From an uncultured Verrucomicrobiota bacterium (GTDB lineage: Bacteria; Verrucomicrobiota; Kiritimatiellia; JAAZAB01), in contig CAZMFH010000005.1 in assembly GCA_964565485.1 (NCBI GenBank), positions 1 through 26,329 on the forward strand: DNA of 26,329 bases, in the 5' to 3' direction. Under the pieces are notes generated by a model. The model did no database searches. It was not told the DNA's origin and saw only the letters and a program-made list of their open reading frames with translations. Shown here piece by piece: positions 24,446 to 26,329 of this stretch (positions are counted from its first letter, which is position 1; every line of letters starts with the position of its first letter). Position numbers and translations under genes: made by a program.

Positions 24446-25084
24446 ATGAAATTACTGATTGCCAGTCGCAACCGGCACAAGCTTGCCGAAATTCGCGCCA
24501 TTTTTAAAGCGCCGAATCTTGAAATAATCGGCGCTGACGATTTGGAAGGTTTGCCGGATATAGTCGAGGACGGTTTGACTTTTCAGGCTAATGCGGTCAA
24601 AAAGGCGGTAACGCTGGCGTTGCGCGCCAGACTTTGGACGCTGGCTGATGATTCCGGGCTTGAAGTTGAGGCGTTGAACGGCGAGCCCGGTGTGCGCTCG
24701 GCGCGATTTGCCGGAGAACAGGCGGACTATCGCGCCAATAACGAGAAGCTTTTGCGTTTGCTCGAACGACAGGCGAACCGCGCGGCGCGTTTTATGTGCG
24801 TGCTTGCCTTGGCCTCTCCCGAAGGGCGCGCGCAAATGGTGGAAGGGGTCTGCGGCGGCGTGATTACCGAAAGCGGGCGCGGAACGAGCGGATTCGGTTA
24901 TGATCCGCTTTTTGTTCCGCAAGGTTATGCCGAGACTTTTGCGGAAATGGATCCCGAGTTGAAGAATCGGCTGTCTCACCGCGCGCAGGCTCTGGCGCTT
25001 GCGATGAACACATGGGGCGCTATTTTCAACGGGCATACCACGGGCTGGCCGCCGCGTCCCAGCCGGCGCGACCGGTCGGCTTGA
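24446..25084 (+). CDS. rdgB: Non-canonical purine NTP pyrophosphatase (RdgB/HAM1)
   Basis: ASRNRHKLAE, NAVKKA, ADDSGLEVEALNGEPGVRSARF, GFGYDPLF and SHR motifs. Confidence 0.96.
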   Translation: MKLLIASRNRHKLAEIRAIFKAPNLEIIGADDLEGLPDIVEDGLTFQANAVKKAVTLALRARLWTLADDSGLEVEALNGEPGVRSARFAGEQADYRANNEKLLRLLERQANRAARFMCVLALASPEGRAQMVEGVCGGVITESGRGTSGFGYDPLFVPQGYAETFAEMDPELKNRLSHRAQALALAMNTWGAIFNGHTTGWPPRPSRRDRSA

Positions 25085-25126
25085 GCATGTTGCGGCGCCG
25101 TCCGCCAATGCCGGGCGGTGTGGCGC

Positions 25127-26329
25127 TTATTTGGACGGACGTTTATTTGTTCGTCCCTTGGCCATTTGCAGCGCCACAGTCAAATGATCATCTTTGATAG
25201 AGGCCTCAATGGTGGCGCCTTCCGGCGGCGCTTCGGCGAGGAGCAGCCTGGCAATGGGCGTTTCGAGTTCCTGCTGTAAAAAGCGTTTTAACGGTCTGGC
25301 GCCATAAACCGGATCATAACCGTTGCGGGCGGCAAATTGAAGGGCGGCTTCGGTCAATTCCAGATTGATCCGGCGCTCGGCCAGGCGCGCGCGCAATTCA
25401 CGGATCAGCAAATCCACAATCTGCCGGAGTTCCGGTTCGGTCAGCGGTTTGAAGAGCACGACATCGTCAACGCGGTTCAGGAATTCCGGACGGAACGTAC
25501 TGCGCAGCATATCGTTGATTCTGCGCCGCGCATCTTCTGTGATTTGTCCGGCGCGGTCTATGCCTTCCAGGAGAATGGGGGATCCAATGTTGCTGGTCAT
25601 GATCACAACGGTGTTTTTGAAATTGACCGTGCGTCCGTGCGAATCCGTCAGGCGTCCTTCATCCAGCATCTGGAGCAGGATATTGAAAACATCCGCATGC
25701 GCTTTTTCAATTTCATCGAAGAGGATCACGCAGTATGGTTTGCGGCGCACGGCCTCGGTCAGTTGTCCGCCTTCTTCGTAGCCGATATAGCCTGGCGGCG
25801 ATCCGATCAGGCGCGAGACGGAGTGTTTTTCCATATATTCGCTCATGTCAATGCGCGTCATGTTTTCTTCGGTGTCGAAAAGCGCGGCGGCCAGCGCCTT
25901 GGCGAGTTCGGTTTTGCCGACGCCGGTTGGGCCCATAAAAATAAAGGAACCAATCGGACGTTGCGGGTTTTTGATGCCGCTGCGCGCGCGCAGAACGGCA
26001 TCCGCCACGGCGCGGACGGCTTCGTCCTGGCCGATAACCCGTTCATGCAGCAATTGATCAAGACGCAGGAGTTTTTCACGTTCGCCTTCCAGGAGGCGCG
26101 TCAGCGGAATTTTGGTCCAGCGCGAAACGACTTCGGCGATTTCTTCCTCGGTAACTTCTTCGCGTAAAAGCGGCGCTTGGCCGGATTCGGGCGCTTCATC
26201 AAGGGCGCGGAGTTTGCGTTCGAGTTCAGGGATGACTCCATGCCGCAGTTCGGCCACTTTGGCGAGATTGTAGTCGCGTTCGGCTTCTTCCGATTCGCGG
26301 CGCGCTTTTTCCAGTTGCTCGCGCAGGTT
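25127..26329 (-). CDS. clpB: ATP-dependent chaperone ClpB, C-terminal part (continues past the right edge)
   Basis: The frame is open to base 26329 ([31 protein letters not shown], the M-domain end). NBD2 motifs [37 protein letters not shown] and GARPL are present. Confidence 0.97.
   Translation of the reverse strand, partial: NLREQLEKARRESEEAERDYNLAKVAELRHGVIPELERKLRALDEAPESGQAPLLREEVTEEEIAEVVSRWTKIPLTRLLEGEREKLLRLDQLLHERVIGQDEAVRAVADAVLRARSGIKNPQRPIGSFIFMGPTGVGKTELAKALAAALFDTEENMTRIDMSEYMEKHSVSRLIGSPPGYIGYEEGGQLTEAVRRKPYCVILFDEIEKAHADVFNILLQMLDEGRLTDSHGRTVNFKNTVVIMTSNIGSPILLEGIDRAGQITEDARRRINDMLRSTFRPEFLNRVDDVVLFKPLTEPELRQIVDLLIRELRARLAERRINLELTEAALQFAARNGYDPVYGARPLKRFLQQELETPIARLLLAEAPPEGATIEASIKDDHLTVALQMAKGRTNKRPSK

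Noticed and set aside
25127-26329. Functional link between clpB and the island Hsp70
   Set aside because: They are about 25 kb apart, and clpB is in core context outside the island. The proximity is probably coincidental.
1-26329. CRISPR array, rRNA, IS elements or a second att repeat
   Set aside because: I saw no regularly spaced repeats, rRNA-like sequence, transposase ORF or duplicate of the tRNA 3' end in the window.

Overview
The window has two parts. (1) Positions 1-6646 are the right end of a genomic island integrated at the 3' end of tRNA-Gly(TCC) (6646-6719, minus strand). The island carries a tyrosine integrase with an unusual HTH-containing insertion, and its best start codon appears to lie out of frame across an A7 tract. 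Its first cargo is a tightly spaced minus-strand operon: Hanks-type Ser/Thr kinase -> membrane-anchored protein with an HPD-less J-like domain, helical repeats, a zinc ribbon and a coiled coil -> GrpE-like protein -> non-canonical Hsp70. The Hsp70 runs off the left edge and is missing from the ORF track. This mobile 'kinase plus alternative chaperone triad' is the best candidate for an undescribed system. (2) Positions 6720-26329 look like core chromosome. They hold a nikR-led metal uptake operon (TonB receptor, ZnuABC-type ABC transporter, DUF318 permease), GT2 and UbiA-family lipid-sugar genes, def, an orphan parA coupled to plant-type leuCD, a sugar nucleotidyltransferase, an SGNH hydrolase with an alpha/alpha-barrel partner, rdgB and a partial clpB. 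Non-coding signals include a ~115-nt multi-stem hairpin, a palindrome over the nikR promoter, and two related 36-bp palindromes, one of which reads as a perfectly symmetric bidirectional promoter. Gene style suggests a Gram-negative PVC-type host such as Kiritimatiellae or Lentisphaerae, which is inference only. All family calls come from motif recognition by eye; no searches were run.
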